Source: Candidatus Micrarchaeota archaeon (GTDB lineage Archaea; Micrarchaeota; Micrarchaeia; Norongarragalinales; SBBD01). Taken from it: 34,489 bases of DNA. Positions 1 through 8,971 of the stretch are shown piece after piece (position 1 is the first letter of the stretch; each line of letters begins with the position of its first letter). The position numbers and the translations under genes were made by a program. The stretch covers positions 1 through 34,489 of the forward strand of contig JBDRLB010000004.1 of NCBI GenBank assembly GCA_043813365.1, written 5' to 3'. Below the pieces are notes generated by a model that saw only the letters and a list, made by a program, of their open reading frames with translations, searched no databases and was not told the DNA's origin.

Positions 1-88
1 CATCGAGCTTGCTACGGAGGAGCTGCCTTCCGAGGACGGCCGGATGAGCAAAGTTAGCAGCATGGACATTACGCTTGGGAAGCAGTAG
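1..88 (+). CDS. albA: DNA/RNA-binding chromatin protein Alba, 3' end only (gene starts upstream of the window)
   Basis: Not in the ORF track. Frame from base 2 reads IELATEELPSEDGRMSKVSSMDITLGKQ*, stop TAG 86-88. Matches the Alba C-terminal beta-hairpin pattern I.IGTE...SEDGR.S.VS.I.I.L.K. Confidence 0.85.
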   Translation, partial: IELATEELPSEDGRMSKVSSMDITLGKQ

Positions 89-135
89 TTTCGATTGCTC
101 GGATGGTTTATTTACAGGCGTAGCCTTTAGGATTC

Positions 136-144
136 CGGCCAAGG
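136..144 (+). repeat. 9-bp direct repeat CGGCCAAGG, left copy (right copy 1502-1510)
   Basis: Read directly: TTC-CGGCCAAGG at 133-144 and TTC-T-CGGCCAAGG at 1498-1510. Confidence 0.5.
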
Positions 145-170
145 GGTTGTAAAGCGGCATTTTAACAAGG

Positions 171-193
171 ATTTGGGAGGAGAACTCCCAAAT
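171..193. terminator. Perfect 9-bp stem hairpin between convergent alba and GT4 genes (possible terminator or recombination site)
   Basis: ATTTGGGAG (171-179), loop GAGAA, CTCCCAAAT (185-193). Confidence 0.45.
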
Positions 194-229
194 TGAGGCT
201 AAAGCCGAGTTCCGGCGGTTGCCTCCGGT

Positions 230-1381
230 TTATTTCATTAGGGAGTTATAGAGCTCGATGTATTGTTTAATGATTGTGGCCGAATTGAACTGCCTTACTG
301 TATGCATTGCCCGTTCTGCCATCATCTTTCTCTTTGAAAAATTGGATTTAAGCTCATTAATTTTCTGTATCATTTCACCAAGATCTTTCACAATATATCC
401 ATTCTTACCATTTTCAATTATTTCAGGGGCTACCCCAAAATTGAAAACTACCGGAACCAAGCCTTGCGACATTGCTTCAATAAGGCTTAAGCAGAATCCC
501 TCGTATCCCGAAGTGTTTACATACAAATCGCCATAATGTTTTTTTAATATGGGGGGTATGCTGCGCTTCTCTACGCTAAGAAACGCCGTTGTATTTAAAA
601 TTTGACTGAAAATTTTTTCGTATTGTTTGGTGTTGTGGCACATCCCGATAATTACTTTTTTTAAGGAAGGATAATTTTTCAGAATGAATATAAGTTGGGG
701 TACTCCCTTTAATTTGGCGGTGAAAGGGTCATTTCCCAACCTGCCCAAATAAACCAAGTTGGCCTCTTTTTTGACCTTTTTCACAATCTTTGAATCAAAC
801 CAGTAATCTTCGATAGCGTTATGAATTAAAAAAAGCTTATTCTTGGGGACTTTGTTTTTTATTAATTCGATTCTTACTTTTTCTGATGCGGCGATTACGG
901 CATCGCTTCTCTTTGCGACGTAGATTTCTATTTTGGATATGTCCTTTAACGGCTTGAGGGAATCGTTAAGTGTCGGGATTGCGCCATTCTCATACAGATT
1001 TCTTAAAATAGACCCGAGTTCCCTGTTTTCTTGCTCCAGGCTATTCAAGGAAGGGACAGATTTCAAAAATCCCCATGTTGTGGAACCAAAGTGCGAAATA
1101 ACGGGAATTCCGTTGCCAATAAAGGCCAGTGGGGTATACGTCGTTCCCTGAATAAGGGAATATTTGCTGCTGTCTTCATGTTTTTTAATTAGGGAATAAA
1201 ATAAAAGGATATTCGCTATTCCTGACAGGTCCCTCGATAACAAATCAATACTTTCATTGGGGTATATCCGGTCTACAACGTAACCTTGTTGCTTAAGTTT
1301 TTCAATTATTGTTTCGGAAATATAATGCGCACCGGTCTTGAACTTCTTTTCAGTATGTATGAATAGTATTTTTTTCTTCAT
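230..1381 (-). CDS. GT4-family (GT-B, retaining) glycosyltransferase, AT-rich
   Basis: 383 aa. N-terminal KKILFI strand, IHNAI, LVYLGRL...KG, and an EX7E motif in SGYEGFCLSLIEAMSQG. Confidence 0.88.
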   Translation of the reverse strand: MKKKILFIHTEKKFKTGAHYISETIIEKLKQQGYVVDRIYPNESIDLLSRDLSGIANILLFYSLIKKHEDSSKYSLIQGTTYTPLAFIGNGIPVISHFGSTTWGFLKSVPSLNSLEQENRELGSILRNLYENGAIPTLNDSLKPLKDISKIEIYVAKRSDAVIAASEKVRIELIKNKVPKNKLFLIHNAIEDYWFDSKIVKKVKKEANLVYLGRLGNDPFTAKLKGVPQLIFILKNYPSLKKVIIGMCHNTKQYEKIFSQILNTTAFLSVEKRSIPPILKKHYGDLYVNTSGYEGFCLSLIEAMSQGLVPVVFNFGVAPEIIENGKNGYIVKDLGEMIQKINELKSNFSKRKMMAERAMHTVRQFNSATIIKQYIELYNSLMK

Positions 1382-1428
1382 GATGACTTCATTTAAACGT
1401 ATTTAGGTTAATCGCCTGAGATTAAATG

Positions 1429-1439
1429 TTTGGGAGTTC
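1429..1439. repeat. 11-bp inverted repeat TTTGGGAGTTC, partner GAACTCCCAAA at 182-192
   Basis: Exact reverse complements on either side of the GT4 gene. Confidence 0.5.
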
Positions 1440-1459
1440 CTTCTTAATAATACGTGGGG

Positions 1460-1492
1460 GCTCGCATATCGTGTTTGAAAACAATATCGAGC
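1460..1492. terminator. Imperfect hairpin with bulged bases just downstream of argS
   Basis: GCTCG/CGAGC, ATAT/ATAT and TGTT/AACA stems with unpaired C1465 and CG1470-1471, loop TGAA. Confidence 0.35.
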
Positions 1493-1501
1493 TTCCGTTC
1501 T

Positions 1502-1510
1502 CGGCCAAGG
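1502..1510 (+). repeat. 9-bp direct repeat CGGCCAAGG, right copy
   Basis: Lies 2 bp beyond the argS stop codon. Identical to 136-144. Confidence 0.5.
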
Positions 1511-1512
1511 CG

Positions 1513-3270
1513 TTACATTTTCTCCGGAATCCCCATTCCTAGTAGGTTGAGGCCGTTGGTGAGCGCAATCAGGGTTGCTTCCGTGATGAGCAGGCGCTCG
1601 TTCCGAATTTTGGTATCTTCTGCCCTCAGAACGGGCGAGGAATCATAGAATGCGGAGAATTGCAGCGCTAATTTGAAGAGATGATCGCAGAGGATGTAGG
1701 GCGCCAGGTTGTTCGCGGAATGCTCCAGCACTTCCGGGAACTGGGAAATCAGGGAGATGAGTTTGCGCTCGTCGGAATTGAAAATGTAGGCGGGGGATTT
1801 GGATCCGGCGTTTAATGCTGTTTCGGATGCTTCATTTCCGGCATCTTCCTTCGCTTTTTTCATTATGTTTTTTGCGCGGACGCAGGTGTATTGCAAATAA
1901 GCTGCAGTGTTGCCGTCGAACTTCACCGCCTCGCGGAGGGAAAATTTTATGTCTTTTTCTGAGGAGATGCGCAGGACGGAGTATTTCAATGCGGCTATGC
2001 CGACGATTTCCGCGATTTCGGCGGCGTCCTTTTCCGAATACTGCTGCCGCAATTTCACTTCCTCCAAAGCGAGGGAGATCGCGTCCTTGATGACATCCTC
2101 AAGAAGGAGAACGCGGCCTTCGCGGGTAGAGAGTTTGCCTTCCTCAAGCGAAATAAGGCCGAAACCGATGTGGTGGAGGTTGGATGCATAAGGTTTGCCC
2201 AGCGCTTTCAGGATGGCGAACACCTGCTGGAAATGCAGGTTCTGCTCGGAAGCGGTGACGTAAATCCGCCGGTCAAATTTGTACTTCCGGAAATCGCGGT
2301 CTGCAAGGCCCAGGTCGCGCGTGCTGTAGAGGGTTGTGCCGTTCGAGCGGATGATTATCAGGTTGGGGAGGCTGAATTTTTCCAATGATGCAACTGTTTC
2401 GCCGTTCTTGTCCATGAACGCGATGCCCTTCTCAAGCGCCTCGTTCGCAATTTTCCGTCCATCCTCAACGTAATCGGAATCATACACTTCCTCGTCAAAA
2501 TCCACTCCGAGAAGTGAGTAATTTTTATGGAAGGGCGAGGTTGACAATTTACGTACCTTCGAGAGCTGCTTCAGGGTCGCATGGTCGCCGAGTTCCATCA
2601 GGCTGACGAGCTCCTGTGCCTTCGCATCCAACTCCGGCTTCGTTTCCATCTCCTTGTGGATTCTCACATACAATTCCAGCAGGTCTTTTTCGGTTTCAAT
2701 TTTTTCCTTCCCGAACAATTGCAACGAGAGCAGCAATTTTGCGGTCTGCTTGCCAGCTTCGCATAAATAGTTTGAGCGGACTACTTTGTAGCCGTTGCTT
2801 TCCAAAATGTTCGCAACCGTATCGCCGAGAATGGTTGAGCGGATGTGGCCGATATGCATGGGCTTCCCTATGTTGGGCGAGGAGTATTCAACAACCACCT
2901 TTTTTCCCTTGCCGGTGGTCCCGGAGCCGAATTTTCCCTTTTTGGAAAGCGGCTCCTTCAGGGAGGAATGCAAGAACTTTTCGGAGAAGGAGAAATTCAG
3001 AAATCCGTTGATGGAGCTTGCGGTTGAAAAATTTGGCATCTTGCGGGAATTTATTTCAGCGGCCAGTTTGTCGGCGATTTCAACGGGGCTTTTTTTTGCG
3101 ATTGATGCGAGCCTGAATGAGATCGGCGAGGAGAGGTCGCCGTGGGAGGGATCCCTGGGCAATACGATTTCGATGTCGGCTGGAGGGAATGCTGATGGGA
3201 AAAGCTTCGTGATCGCCTCCGATACAAGTTCCCTTGCTTCTTCCTTTGCGTTCTGGAGCATGCATTTCAT
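1513..3270 (-). CDS. argS: Arginine--tRNA ligase
   Basis: VEYSSPNIGKPMHIGHIRS (HIGH motif), RSNGTTLYSTRDL, EQNLHFQQVF, KLSTREG, GNTAAYLQY, C-terminal LGMGIPEKM. Start uncertain (3288 GTG, or ATG at 3276/3270/3261). 3270 is favoured by a minus-strand TTTTTATTAA at 3304-3295. Confidence 0.97.
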   Translation of the reverse strand: MKCMLQNAKEEARELVSEAITKLFPSAFPPADIEIVLPRDPSHGDLSSPISFRLASIAKKSPVEIADKLAAEINSRKMPNFSTASSINGFLNFSFSEKFLHSSLKEPLSKKGKFGSGTTGKGKKVVVEYSSPNIGKPMHIGHIRSTILGDTVANILESNGYKVVRSNYLCEAGKQTAKLLLSLQLFGKEKIETEKDLLELYVRIHKEMETKPELDAKAQELVSLMELGDHATLKQLSKVRKLSTSPFHKNYSLLGVDFDEEVYDSDYVEDGRKIANEALEKGIAFMDKNGETVASLEKFSLPNLIIIRSNGTTLYSTRDLGLADRDFRKYKFDRRIYVTASEQNLHFQQVFAILKALGKPYASNLHHIGFGLISLEEGKLSTREGRVLLLEDVIKDAISLALEEVKLRQQYSEKDAAEIAEIVGIAALKYSVLRISSEKDIKFSLREAVKFDGNTAAYLQYTCVRAKNIMKKAKEDAGNEASETALNAGSKSPAYIFNSDERKLISLISQFPEVLEHSANNLAPYILCDHLFKLALQFSAFYDSSPVLRAEDTKIRNERLLITEATLIALTNGLNLLGMGIPEKM

Positions 3271-3312
3271 GGCCATAAAAATAAGCACCGGAGGTTAATA
3301 AAAACGACTAGA

Positions 3313-4275
3313 TCAGTGGACGAAAAATGCGAGCGCAACTGCCGCAACAATAAGTTCCATCAGCAGGAGCCTGTTGACGACCTGCTGCTCGGTGAAGCTG
3401 CCCATGCGCATCACTATATGCGTGAGCGAATCCGTCCTTTTTGGCGGGACGAGCTTCCCGTTCTTCAGGGAGCCGAAATTCTGGCCACTGAAGCGGCCTC
3501 TAGCCTTGAGGATGAACTCGGCAAAGTAGGGGAGGAAGAGCACTAGGCCGAAGAATTCGAGGTTGCCGATTATTGCTGCGGAGGCAATGGTGGCCCCGAT
3601 GGAATAAGTGCCAACATCGCCCGGGAAAATTTTGGCGGGAAAGCGGTTGAAATAATAGAACGCGAGGCACGCGCCCAGGAGGGAAATCGATATTATCATC
3701 GCATCGTAGGAGCCCTTCATGTATGCTGCGGCGAAAACAGCTCCGGAAATTATTATGCCCATCCCCGCCTCGAGCCCGTTTAGGCCTGCAAGCATGTTGA
3801 ACGCATTGGATGCGCCGCCTATCCCTATCGGGACTATTGCAAGCGGGTAAAATGCGCCGAAATTAATCGGGTTTAGGAATGGAAAATCTATTGTGCGGGT
3901 ACCTGCACGCACTGCAGAGAGGGGTATTGCGGCAATGAACGGGATTGGCGCCTTGATCTTCCTCTTCAGGTTGAAGAGGTCGTCGAGTATCCCGAGGATG
4001 CCCATGAGCAGGACGGATGAGAGCGCAGCAAGGAGGTATTTTATTTCCGGCCGGGTGTTCAGGCCGAGCGCGATAGCGATCAGTATCCCGAATGTGATGC
4101 CCGCAACAATGGCAACTCCGCCCATTTCCGGGACCGGCTCGCCCTTCTTGTTCCGGTCACGGCCGACTATGCCTGCCTTGAGGGAGTTGGAGATGATGAA
4201 CGGCACCGTGGTGAAGGTGGCCGCAAACGCGAATATGAATGCGGCAGCGACGAATTCTAACGTATACGGGTCCAT
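3313..4275 (-). CDS. aglH: UDP-GlcNAc:dolichyl-phosphate GlcNAc-1-phosphotransferase (AglH/Alg7/DPAGT1-like, PNPT superfamily)
   Basis: Polytopic. Motifs PVPEMGG, GILDDL, NAFNMLAGLNGLEAG and FNRFPAKIFPGDVGTY. Directly downstream of aglB. Confidence 0.88.
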   Translation of the reverse strand: MDPYTLEFVAAAFIFAFAATFTTVPFIISNSLKAGIVGRDRNKKGEPVPEMGGVAIVAGITFGILIAIALGLNTRPEIKYLLAALSSVLLMGILGILDDLFNLKRKIKAPIPFIAAIPLSAVRAGTRTIDFPFLNPINFGAFYPLAIVPIGIGGASNAFNMLAGLNGLEAGMGIIISGAVFAAAYMKGSYDAMIISISLLGACLAFYYFNRFPAKIFPGDVGTYSIGATIASAAIIGNLEFFGLVLFLPYFAEFILKARGRFSGQNFGSLKNGKLVPPKRTDSLTHIVMRMGSFTEQQVVNRLLLMELIVAAVALAFFVH

Positions 4276-4286
4276 TTATTCTGCTA

Positions 4287-7073
4287 TCACGCAACGAGTT
4301 TGAATATTTTCACCTGCCCATTGGGGGATTTGTAAGCGGGCTCGAAACCGTCGAGCTTCTCAAGGAAGAACAGGTTCACGAATGCAGCGCTGTAGAGGTT
4401 GCTCTTGAGCTTTCCGTCAGAAAGCGTATCCAAATCGGGGTTGAGGTTGATGAATGAGAAGCGGCTGTTGTAGTAGAGGTTGTTTCCGAGAGGTGCGGGT
4501 GCAAGCTGCGAATCATCCGCCCTTATAAGCCGCGGGTCCTTGAGCTGCTTTTGCTCTCCCGAGGACTGGAGGAGGAACATGTTGCCTGCGGAATCTATGC
4601 AATACGCTGCCCCGAAGGAGGAATAGAGCATCTGCTTCGGTATCACGCCAGGGCATTGGGTTTTCTGGTAGGTGCCGTCTGCCTGCAGCGTCAGCACGGA
4701 GTAGATGTATTCGAAATAATGCTCCGTCTCGTATTGGCTGGAGCCGGGCGAGCTTGTCGAAGGTATCGGCGGCTCCCTTGCAAATTGGGGATCGTCGTAC
4801 AGCGTCTTGAACGTGCCCGAAAGGTAGACGAGCGCACCCCATTTCTGCACGAGCTCGGAATCAACGAGTATGTGCGTTGCCTGATGGTACTTCATTATTC
4901 GGATGAGGAGGGAAGTGTTTCCTTCTACGAATCCCCTAGCTGTAAGCTGGTCGTAATCCTCGAAATAGTTGCTAGGGTCAAGCACGGATTTCGTATTGCC
5001 AAGGAATGTGTTCCAGTGGCCATAATCCCACCAGGAGATTATGCGGTCATCGGATGTGAGGTTGGTGCGCATCCAGTAAGTCGCATCTATCCAATCCGAA
5101 GTGATGCGGCTGTATTGAAGCTCTGCCATTGATTGGGAGACGGTCTCATATTGCTTGTAGGCGACAACAGTGCCGATGAGCAGTAACAGCACAAGCAGGC
5201 CCATTTTGAGCGAATTTTCAGAAGCGACGAGTTTGAATTCGGAGTTGATGCGCTCGATGAGCTCCGCAAAAAGCATGAGCGCGAACGGGAATGCGAGCGC
5301 AAGCGCGAATGAGAGGTGCAGGAGGTATTTTACCTTGTTCAGGCCGATGTATGCTATCGGGAAGAATGCGAGCAGGAGCAGCAATGTGGTTTTGCTCTTC
5401 TTGTCCGAGTAAAGGTAAAGCACGGAAACGGAAACCATCGAGACGAGGAAATAGATGAAAACGTCGCTATCTATGAAGAAGCGGAGGAACCTTGTGAGTT
5501 CGGGCACGGAAGTTGCAGCAGCATCGCCTATGGCGGAAAGCACCGCATCAACCTGCGGATTGAGCGCAATTATGATGAAGTTTGCAGCCCCAAACCCCCC
5601 TGCAGCCCATAGGCCCTTCTTCCTCAATGCAAGCACTGCCAGCAAAATGAGAAGAATGGTTGAGCCGATGAGCAATTGGTAGGGGTTGAGCGCACCGAAG
5701 GAAGAAACGAAAAGCCCTTCAGAAGTGGCGTTCTCCTCCTGGATGGTTTTGCTCAGGGGAGCGCCCAGCTTTGCATAGCCCGCAAGCGAATTGAAGATGT
5801 CAAGCATGCGGGGCAAAACGGGAGTTACAATTGAAAATGCGAACAGCAGGATGAAGAGGCCTGCCAGTATCTGCTTCTTTGAGTATTTTGCCTCGATGTG
5901 CAATTTGCCAATCGCAAAGAAGATGATTGAGGGGAGGATGGAGGATAGCAGCACAAGCACGCCCAATGTGATGTTGGAGAACGAGAGCGGGATTTCCTTG
6001 TAGAGCATCCAGAGGATATTCCCGATGAGCGCTGCTGCGGCGAGCATCATGTTAATCCCTAAATCCCGTTTATTGAAACCCACCGTGTAATAATCGAGGA
6101 CGGAGCTGATGAAAATGAATGCCGCAACAGCCATAATGGGCCAGATATAGTGCGCGGAGCCGAGGAATGCGAACATCATCCCTAAGGCTGCAAGCACTCC
6201 TAGCCGGTAGCTTTTCCTGTTTACTGCAAGGGCGAACATTGCGAAAACGAGCATGGCCGCGAACATCCCAAAAGGCGCCTGCTCCGAAACACCCGCACCC
6301 ATCTTCTTGATGAGCTGCGGGGTGAGGCAGAACATCGCAGCTGCTATTAACCCCAAATACTTGTTGGATTCCTCCCGGATGAAAAGGAAAGCGAGGAAAA
6401 TCATGAATGCTCCCATCAATGGAGGGTAGAATTGGATGATGGATACCATCTGCTGCTGGTCGAACTGGAGGGAATTGAAATCCCTGAAAAGCAAATACCA
6501 TCCACCGGTCATGTAATGGATCATGGGAAGCTCGCGGAACGACCTGAAGCGCGGGTAGTACACCATGTCGGAAACGAGCGGCGCATCGCCCTTCTGCACG
6601 AGGAACTGGGTGACCTCATCATAATAGTAAGGATCGAACTCGAAGAAATTGGGCGCCCATGCGGTTGCAAATCTTGCATAGAAACCCATCAGCATCAGGA
6701 TAAGCAGAATTGCGTAAATCGCAACTGCAACAGGCCGCTTCTCGATCTCCTCCTTGTAAAAAGAAGGCGTGAAATAGCGGATGAAACCGGAGGGGCTGAT
6801 GGAAAGCGACTTCTGGTAATACATTGCAACAAGTGAAATTATCGAAATCAGGAGCGCGTTTCCGAGTATTACAACGCTGGTGTAAAGCTGGCCGAATAGC
6901 ACCGATTCAACCCATCCCATAAAGGGATTCAGGAGGAAGCCGAAAAGGAGGCCCAGGATGACCTTGTCGGGAAGGTTCAGCTTGAGCCCGCGAAGTAGTG
7001 CAAAAGAGAAGAGAATGCCCGGCAGGCCCAAAACAGCAATTACTACGAATATGGATAGGAATTCCAGCGCCAT
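4287..7073 (-). CDS. aglB: Oligosaccharyltransferase AglB (STT3 family)
   Basis: 928 aa with many TM helices. FEFDPYY, TIQEE (TIXE-type), SWWDYGHW, variant DK region ELVQKWGAL, C-terminal VKIFK. GGGGGGA RBS upstream. Confidence 0.96.
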   Translation of the reverse strand: MALEFLSIFVVIAVLGLPGILFSFALLRGLKLNLPDKVILGLLFGFLLNPFMGWVESVLFGQLYTSVVILGNALLISIISLVAMYYQKSLSISPSGFIRYFTPSFYKEEIEKRPVAVAIYAILLILMLMGFYARFATAWAPNFFEFDPYYYDEVTQFLVQKGDAPLVSDMVYYPRFRSFRELPMIHYMTGGWYLLFRDFNSLQFDQQQMVSIIQFYPPLMGAFMIFLAFLFIREESNKYLGLIAAAMFCLTPQLIKKMGAGVSEQAPFGMFAAMLVFAMFALAVNRKSYRLGVLAALGMMFAFLGSAHYIWPIMAVAAFIFISSVLDYYTVGFNKRDLGINMMLAAAALIGNILWMLYKEIPLSFSNITLGVLVLLSSILPSIIFFAIGKLHIEAKYSKKQILAGLFILLFAFSIVTPVLPRMLDIFNSLAGYAKLGAPLSKTIQEENATSEGLFVSSFGALNPYQLLIGSTILLILLAVLALRKKGLWAAGGFGAANFIIIALNPQVDAVLSAIGDAAATSVPELTRFLRFFIDSDVFIYFLVSMVSVSVLYLYSDKKSKTTLLLLLAFFPIAYIGLNKVKYLLHLSFALALAFPFALMLFAELIERINSEFKLVASENSLKMGLLVLLLLIGTVVAYKQYETVSQSMAELQYSRITSDWIDATYWMRTNLTSDDRIISWWDYGHWNTFLGNTKSVLDPSNYFEDYDQLTARGFVEGNTSLLIRIMKYHQATHILVDSELVQKWGALVYLSGTFKTLYDDPQFAREPPIPSTSSPGSSQYETEHYFEYIYSVLTLQADGTYQKTQCPGVIPKQMLYSSFGAAYCIDSAGNMFLLQSSGEQKQLKDPRLIRADDSQLAPAPLGNNLYYNSRFSFINLNPDLDTLSDGKLKSNLYSAAFVNLFFLEKLDGFEPAYKSPNGQVKIFKLVA

Positions 7074-7182
7074 AAGTCCCCCCTAGAGGTATGAATTATC
7101 TGAACAACCTTTTAAAGCAAACGGTTAACTAAAGATACTTAAGGCGCAGATTGGAAGGAGCATCCTTTTAGGGGGCGATAAA
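7074..7182. promoter_or_regulatory. Divergent promoter region aglB / GT2
   Basis: AT-rich gap. TTTTAAAG at 7110-7117 (TATA-like on both strands), TACTTAAG near 7136, G-rich RBSs before both starts. Confidence 0.55.
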
Positions 7183-8097
7183 TTGAGCAATATTACAGTA
7201 GGAATATCCGCATACAATGAGGAGAGGAGCATAGCTGCGAGCATAAAAAGCGCCCTCGAGTCCATTCCTGCCCCTTTGGAAGTAATAGTCGTTGCTAGCG
7301 GCTGCACGGACAATACGGAAGGAGTGGTGAGGGGGATAATGAGGAAGGAACGGAAGGTCAAATTGATTTCAGAAAAAGTTAGGAGGGGGAAGGGATCGGC
7401 CATTAATTTAATTCTGAAGCATGCGAAGGGAGGATTCATTGTGATGACGGATGCGGACCTTGCCTTCCCGCCGCATTCAATCAAAGAACTGATGAAAAAG
7501 TTCGGGAAAAAAATCGGCGCAGTAAGCGGGAGGCCGGAATATTCCGCTGATTCTGCGATGTTCAACTGGTGGGGGAAATTCGCTTCCGAATGTGCAAACA
7601 GGCAGCGGTTTGTCAGGGAAAAGGAGGGGTTCCATGCAATTTCGGGGTATTTGTATGCAGTAAGGAAGGGGATTGTGAAGGGCATACCCGCAAGCGCGAA
7701 GAGCGAGGATGCGTATGTTGGGGAGATGGTAAAGCAGAAGGGGTATGGGATCGGCTATGCCCCCGAAGCAGTTGTTTACGTAGGGTATGCTGAAAATTAC
7801 CTCGATTACTTGACGCAGAAGGTGCGCACACACTTCGGGCATCTGGAGGTGTTTGAGCGTGCGGGAGCAAAAAGTGCGGTTGAATCCGCCAGAATGGCAG
7901 GAGGGATCAGGGGGGAAATAAAGGAGTATTTCAAAGTTGCAGCGAAAAGGATACGGAATCCTTCGGAATTCATCTATTTTGTCCTGTATCTTATTACGGA
8001 AGTGATGGTTTGGTGCATGGCGTTCCTGAAGTACTACCTGAAGGGGAAGGAGGAGTGGAAGCAGATAAAAAGTACGAAGAAACGGGCATTCAAGTGA
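7183..8097 (+). CDS. GT2-family glycosyltransferase with C-terminal hydrophobic helix
   Basis: ITVGISAYNEE, SGCTDNT, GKGSAIN, MTDAD (DxD), SED, Q..R motif. TTG start after GGGGGCG RBS. Confidence 0.88.
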   Translation: MSNITVGISAYNEERSIAASIKSALESIPAPLEVIVVASGCTDNTEGVVRGIMRKERKVKLISEKVRRGKGSAINLILKHAKGGFIVMTDADLAFPPHSIKELMKKFGKKIGAVSGRPEYSADSAMFNWWGKFASECANRQRFVREKEGFHAISGYLYAVRKGIVKGIPASAKSEDAYVGEMVKQKGYGIGYAPEAVVYVGYAENYLDYLTQKVRTHFGHLEVFERAGAKSAVESARMAGGIRGEIKEYFKVAAKRIRNPSEFIYFVLYLITEVMVWCMAFLKYYLKGKEEWKQIKSTKKRAFK

Positions 8098-8220
8098 AAG
8101 CCGCCGGCAATATCGTGAACGTGGAGCTGATGGGCATGGCGGTCACGCTTTACCCGCATAGAAAGAAATTAACGGACGGAAAATGAACGCGATGCTTCAG
8201 GGCGTTCTTGATTTGGTTAA

Positions 8221-8256
8221 ATGCGCTATTTGGCCAAGTGCCCCAAATGGGAGCAT
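8221..8256. terminator. Hairpin between convergent GT2 and methyltransferase genes
   Basis: ATGC..ATTTGG (8221-8233) pairs with CCAAAT..GCAT (8243-8256). Confidence 0.3.
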
Positions 8257-8267
8257 ATCGGCATCAT

Positions 8268-8921
8268 TCAAACGTCGGCCACGGCGATTAACGTCTTGCA
8301 ATTTTCCGTGGGATATGGGAACCTGGGCCGCAGGTTTAACAAAAGCATAATTCGCCCCAGAACGGCGCTCACGATCTTGTTTTTTAAAATCGGGGAGTGG
8401 AAGCCCGACGACCGAATGATGAAAGACGTCAGACCAGCCGCGCGCAGCTGATGCCTGAGCCGGGTTACATCGTAAATTTGATAGTGGGGGCTGTATTTGG
8501 TGTCGATTTTGTCATAGAGGCAAAAATTCATGCGATCCAGATAAGGGACTGAAATTATCACTCTTTTTTTTGCATGTTTTTTGGCTATTTTAATAAGATC
8601 GACTGGATTTTCGGAATGTTCAATGACCTCCAAGAGCAAAACGGTATCGGCCCTAATGCCGCCAAGATTTTGGATTTTTTTATTTTTAAATTGTATTTTG
8701 GGGTAATTTTTCTTCGCGTTCGATACGTATTCGGCACAGCCATCTATGCCCAAACATTCGGCATCCTTGTTTTTTTCCCTTACATAATTTAGGATATGCC
8801 CCTCGCCGCATCCCAGATCCAAAACACTTTTCCCCACTACATTTGTGGCGACGATATTGCAGCGGTCCTCCTCATTGAATCGCTCAAAACTTTTCCATTC
8901 AATTCCCGTTATGGTTTTCAT
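8268..8921 (-). CDS. Class I SAM-dependent methyltransferase (AT-rich)
   Basis: VLDLGCGEG, GID, LLEVIEH, IISVP. Start moved from 9062 to ATG 8921, which has a GAGGT RBS and removes the overlap with the upstream gene. Confidence 0.85.
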   Translation of the reverse strand: MKTITGIEWKSFERFNEEDRCNIVATNVVGKSVLDLGCGEGHILNYVREKNKDAECLGIDGCAEYVSNAKKNYPKIQFKNKKIQNLGGIRADTVLLLEVIEHSENPVDLIKIAKKHAKKRVIISVPYLDRMNFCLYDKIDTKYSPHYQIYDVTRLRHQLRAAGLTSFIIRSSGFHSPILKNKIVSAVLGRIMLLLNLRPRFPYPTENCKTLIAVADV

Positions 8922-8971
8922 CGCATGACCTCGTAAGAGCGGAGTTATGAAATCGTTGCCTAAAAGTGCAT

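Noticed and set aside
89..229. Structured intergenic region as a tRNA, ncRNA or integron attC site
   Set aside because: No cloverleaf or TTCGA T-loop context, and no properly placed RYYYAAC/GTTRRRY pair. Kept only as hairpin and repeat features.
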